Assembly: GCA_047495785.1 (NCBI GenBank)
Contig: JBLDXI010000054.1
Location: 1,116,001 to 1,180,000, forward strand
Direction: 5' to 3'
DNA: 64,000 nucleotides
DNA from: Lepidodermella squamata
Taxonomy: Eukaryota; Animalia; Gastrotricha
Below are positions 58,898-64,000 of the stretch, piece after piece. Below the pieces are notes generated by a model. The model did not search any database, had not been told where the DNA came from, and saw nothing but the letters and a program-made list of their open reading frames with translations. The stretch's first letter is position 1. Each line of letters starts with the position of its first letter. The position numbers and the translations under genes were made by a program.

Positions 58898-59241
58898 CAT
58901 TGTGGAACCACTCAAAAGTCAAATTCCAATGCGCATGCTGATTGGTCAATCGATCGTTGCTATGACTCCCGGATGAAACATTATGGTCGTGCGATCCATA
59001 AGATTTTTTGCAACAAGTGTTTTTTGCCGCAGTCATGTCATTTTCCACAATTATTATGGGGTTTACGCTCGTGGTCAATGGAAACCGTGCAGAGGGTGTG
59101 GCAAGGTCATTTTTTACATAAATAAAAAATAATTTATTAGTGGATCGCACGACGGAAATGTTTAATCCCGGGGTCATAGCAACGATCAAATGACCAATGA
59201 GCGTGCGCGTCAAAGTTCAACTTTTTAGTGGTTCCACAATG
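58898..59241. mobile_element. MITE with long imperfect TIRs (CATTGTG...CACAATG), related to 7889-8189
   Basis: cattgtggaaccact...gctgattggtca...tcgtgcgatcca mirrored at the right end. Confidence 0.8.
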
Positions 59242-60212
59242 CAATTGAAATTTGAGAAAAAGCTTCGCATTGCGGTTTCATTCACCTCAGTTCACTTCCC
59301 CACATATTCGATTCGCACAAATTCAGTAAATTTTGTTGTTTCGAGAACGTTTCAGCCGTGAAAAAGTAGACCCTAGCTAGATCTAAATTTGACACTGGGA
59401 TAGATAGAATGCGTTCGATCCTACGTAGATCTTACGGTCAAATGAGACCTGCGCACCATCGGTGCCCATCGATTTTGTTTATTATATCGACAATAGGTCA
59501 CTAAATGCTAAAGCACTAATTTTGGACGAATATTTCGCCTTTTCATACTGATGCACTATCTACGGAGCTCTGAGGTCTACTGATTACCGCCTAGGGCTTG
59601 AAGCCTGGAAAACTGGAAGAAAATTTGAAGCCTGGAAAACAAAGGCAATGTTCGACCATCGAAATCATGCCATTAAGTCATCATAATAATCATGAATAAT
59701 CATAATTTTGAATTAAGCTCATTTGATCAACCTTCTCCAAATGACTGATAGGATTTAACGTAATTTGAATTCATACTGTTTTTCGCACGCAAAAGATGGT
59801 ATGTGAGCGGCAGTTGCTGACGAGCGAAACGTGCCGGCAGTCAGTGCCGTCTAAAACTGTCAAAAACTGGTCAAACGGTGAATAACTGGACGGCAGCAAA
59901 TGATATGCGGCTCGTTTCAACAATTAGCCGCTGCGCTCTCATCGTGGATGAAACGCGTATTGTTTTCATCGTCAAAGTGAATCCGCTACCAGTGGCAGTC
60001 ATCAACACCTCGCAAGTCATTATCATTGCTCAATTCATCACTCGAAAAACACAGTGCTCTTAGGTAAACAAATCTCTTGTCAAAAAATTCCTGAAAATTT
60101 CTTTTGTTTCAAAATCTCCAAATTTTACATCAACCCTTGTTTCATCGCTATTTTTCGATAATTGACAAGTGTTATTCATTTTTTTCGAATGTAGGTGAAA
60201 GAATTTGTCGCA

Positions 60213-60504
60213 ATGGGCTTTCCCAACTCATTTGTTCTACTGTCAGTTGTCGCGCTTTCGCCTTTCACCTGCTCAGCGGCTCCGCTTCAGTCGAACAGTG
60301 AGTTTGATATTCTGGGGAATTTTTGATTACTTAATCATTTCATGTGATTTAGAGCCTCTGCCACCTCTCAATGGCGATAACTACATTCATCACGAAGAAG
60401 CTGGCATTCTGGTGCTGGTCATCCTCGGCATGATGTGCTTCATTCTATTGCTTGTGTATTTGCTTCTATTGGCAGTCGGCGTCATCAAATGTGGCTCGAC
60501 TTGA
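60213..60504 (+). CDS. Single-pass membrane microprotein 7
   Basis: MGFPNSFVLLSVVALSPFTCSAAPLQSN/KPLPPLNGDNYIHHEEAGILVLVILGMMCFILLLVYLLLLAVGVIKCGST*. Confidence 0.75.
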
Positions 60505-60896
60505 AACTTATTGGCCTATTAGTTAATTGCTCACTCGCCTCTATCCAACCATGCTCATGCGATCTATGAAGAAATAAATATTCCCTGAATTAACCTTTCT
60601 GCCATCAGCTTGATCAACCATTTTGGTAGATTCTTTAGAACTGAAATTCTTGCCTTTTCCACGCAGATTCGACGAAACGTCTTGGAAAGCTTAATTCAAT
60701 GACGGAGAATCCTTTTGTAACAGATGTGCCAAAAATCTCCAGGTTTCCGGCTCTTCAAATAGATAACGTATCTTGGATGGAATGACCTTGCCAAGACTAA
60801 AGATAAGGCTTGATTAGCAATCTTTCAAGATAAGAGAGGTAGCGTATAACTAGTTTCTACTTACTCTATCCTTTTCATGACAGGAGCCTGTAAAGC

Positions 60897-63211
60897 ATGA
60901 TCTACAGAATCTTTTTTATAGCCCTATTTGCCAGGGTCAGCGTAGAAAGCAGATCTCTTGATTCAGAATTCTTCTCACCTAGTGGTCAGTATAACCAGCT
61001 CCTTCGGCCTAATCTCAACCTCAACCAACTGGAATCGGATATCGAGAGGCTCTCAAATTTCAAATGGGATTTTTCAATCCTTCGAAGAGCTGGCGAAACA
61101 GCCCCCACTGCAGCAACCTGTTTGCGAGACTTGGGTAGAATTTTTGCGTCGAATGATACCTGGGCGAAAACATGTAATAAAACTTTTTAATTTGTACTTC
61201 TATCGTTTACGCAATTTCGTTTTTAGATCAGGACTCCTGGGCTAAGCCTGCATCTGGAGTTAGGAAGGGTAACATCAAATGGTACGGCGAATTCGATCAA
61301 TGCCTTGAGATACCAACAGTCGAATTACCTGGCCTGAAGAAAATCATTTTCGATCCCAAATTTTGCAGGATCGGCCTTGCCTCAGTTAATAGTCGCGGCC
61401 CCAATGCCTCACAGGGTATTACTCAGTCTTTTCCTGCCCCGATGCTCGGAATATGCGTCCCAAATAGCTGCAATGAAGCGACTCTTGTTGAGGTTATGAA
61501 CCCTTTGCTAGCCGCTGCTGGTTTCAAAGTCGCGGAAGGCCTAACTTACTGCCCAGTTCCTAGGCCAGAATTCACGACCTATGCAATTGTATCAATGTAA
61601 GTCTGAAAAATGTTGAACCTCCATGAATGATCTATCACTGTTCCAGAATTATTTTGGCAGCGGTTGGTGTGCTTACTCTAACCGGCCTTTGCGTAGATAT
61701 TTGCCTTAGGCGCAGATATTCGAAGAAGAAGAAGCAAATGACAGACATAGAGAAGGCCAAGATGAAGAGACCCCGTGAGCTTCTTACCAAGGAAGAAAAA
61801 ATGACAATCAAAGGCCATTTCGCCGACATTCTTTGCTGCTTCTCGCCTATTGCAAACCTAGGGAAACTTCTGTCAGTGCCTTCGATTGAAGAATCTTACA
61901 AAAGACCTAATCTGACTGTCCTGAACGCGATTCGAACGATCAGTGTGTTATGGATTATTCTCGGCCACATGTACTTCTTCATGCTGTCGGCTTTCGACAA
62001 CATATTGGATGTTGCTGATCTGAGAGGCCATGTCAGCTTCCAATTCGTTATCGGAGCTTTATATTCGGTGGATTCTTTCCTTTTCCTGGGTGGTTTTCTG
62101 GCTTATTGGGGCCTGTCTCGCAGATTGAAAACCCTTAAGTTCAATTTTTTCCTGTCTATACCCATGATATACTTCCATCGACTGGTGAGGATCCTGCCGC
62201 CTTATATCGCAATAATTTTGCTCGACCTTGGTCTTTGGCCTTATATTTCAAATGGGCCGTTCTACTTTCAAGGCGTAGACCAATTTTGCGCGGATAATTG
62301 GTGGACGAACCTTCTGTTTGTCAATAACTTCATCGATCCTTACCGAATGTGTGCCAACTGGACGTGGTACCTTGCTGTGGATATGCAATTGTTCCTGTTA
62401 GCTCCTTTTGTGATTTATGTCCTCGTTAAATGGCCGAAATGGGGCTGGGCTATCTGTTTAGTTGCCCTGATAGCACAATTCATTCACAATTTTGTGATCA
62501 CTATGGAATATGAATTGTCCACCGCCCATTATCTTGTCCCTAAAGGGTATCTTGAAATGGCTGCTAATGGGTAAGTTATTTTCATGAAAAAATTCTGAAT
62601 AAACTTTTGAATTTTGATTTTTTTACAGGACTAATACGAAAGATTACGTACTTTATTTCGATTACATTTACACAAAACCATGGGCTCGTCTGGGCCCTTA
62701 TGTAATTGGAATCCTTACCTGCCACATTTTGGTGGCCCATCATGATTTCCTCATGGAAAAAATCTTCAAAAAGGCACACATCCGTCTACCGATTTCACTT
62801 TTATCACTTATTCTGATAGTTGTCCTACTGTATGCCCAGTTTGGCGTTTATGCCGGGCGACGGATCGACCCTACCTGGGTTGATGCCCTCTACAACGCTT
62901 TTGCAAAAACTGTTTGGGGCATCGCACTGGGTTGGATCATCATTGCTGGATCGCTGAATCGGCTGGGAATTTACGGGAAGTTCTTCTCGTGGCCCATGTG
63001 GGCGATTCCGGCGAGATTGTCCTATTCAGCTTACCTAATGCATCCGTTTGTTTACCTGTACTTCGTTCAGACGAGTCGGAGGCCGTTTCACGTTACGGAT
63101 GCAACGACATCATTTCACTTTACTGGCGTTGCAGTTACGACATTTATGGTTGCCACGACGTTCTCGTTGATTTTCGAGTCGCCTCTTGTCGGTCTCATGC
63201 GATATTTCTAA
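60897..63211 (+). CDS. NRF-6/O-acyltransferase-like protein (NRF domain + acyltransferase-3), multi-exon
   Basis: Signal peptide; DSWAKPASGVRKGNIKWYGEFDQCL, GICVPNSC; LNAIRTISVLWIILGH, SVDSFLFLGGFL, WTWYLAVDMQLF, YTKPWARLGPY, ARLSYSAYLMHP. Confidence 0.92.
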
Positions 63212-64000
63212 CCTTTTATGGCCACTTCGAAAATACACAATTTATTTGATAATATTAACACAGAACGATGTGGAATTAATGTATATTATAGCGAATATTT
63301 ACGAGCATTTATAATTCATTTTTTACCTTTTTTACATTTGCCGGCCCGCCGGTGTTTTCTCCGATTTCAGAAATCCTTGATCATTTGGGTTAGGCGCGAT
63401 TCTTCTTCTTCTGAGCAAACGATAAAAGCCCTAACAACGATTAATGCAGGTAGCAAAACCTCGTAGAGATCCTTTCTCTTCTTCTTTTCGGAGAGAGAGA
63501 GAGATCCTTATATTTTGCAGAATGGCCGTAGTCTACCGCCATGTCATGCCACCGCGCCGGGATCGTTTAGAAGTGTTTTGCTTTTCGTACTTTTGAATTC
63601 AACATTCAACTGTTTGAAATTTCGCAGGAAACGCTTCATCCATAGAGAACGTAGTGATCTATGGCTTCATCATTGCACCCTGCCGCATCACAGCATTTGC
63701 AATGCGGAGTCCTCAGGCAATCTTCTTGAGTTGAGCAGCCTCTGGAAAACTGGTGTCTATACAGAAAAAAGTGTCGAAAACGTCGAAAATCGCGTACTAT
63801 TACACGTTTCGGCTTTTATTCAACCATCTTCAGGATCAAAAAATGTAAGGACATCAACAATCATGTCTCAGAGCTAGTATCAAAACTGTTGATTTCTCCG
63901 AAACCAGGGGGATTTTACATCTGAAATTTCATCTGCCCGTGCCATTTTTCCTGGATGCTGAGTTGAAGTTTTCGGGCTACTCTCATTTAACCAGTTCCTG

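Overview
Eukaryotic (invertebrate animal-like) genomic DNA with compact genes and short GT-AG introns of about 45-60 nt. The organism cannot be named from the sequence. Recognisable genes: the 3' end of a GalNAc-transferase, three GABA-B-like class C GPCRs, a VWA5A-like VIT/vWA gene plus a decayed fragment, three Ly6/three-finger genes, a PAN/Apple micro-protein, a choline transporter-like (SLC44) gene, an ankyrin-repeat gene and an NRF-6-like acyltransferase. An intronless fungal-type GT15 (KRE2/MNT1-like) mannosyltransferase gene, a horizontal-transfer candidate, is split by a 9.2-kb Ty3/Gypsy retrotransposon (21646-30876). That element has 653-bp LTRs identical by eye, a TTCG target duplication, an RNase H deletion and five unexplained accessory ORFs. 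The best candidates for undescribed systems, mostly missed by the ORF track because of introns, are: (1) three signal/acidic-pro/mature peptide genes with a C-x7-C-x4-C-x-C framework, two forming a ~1.2-kb palindrome (32.6-34.1 kb); (2) a cluster of seven intact plus one decayed two-exon single-pass membrane microprotein genes ending in (K/R)C (51-60.5 kb); (3) a four-copy unrecognised multi-TM family that co-duplicates with Ly6 genes near the class C GPCRs; (4) the accessory cassette of the retrotransposon. Several MITEs are present. All calls come from reading the sequence by eye; no searches were run.
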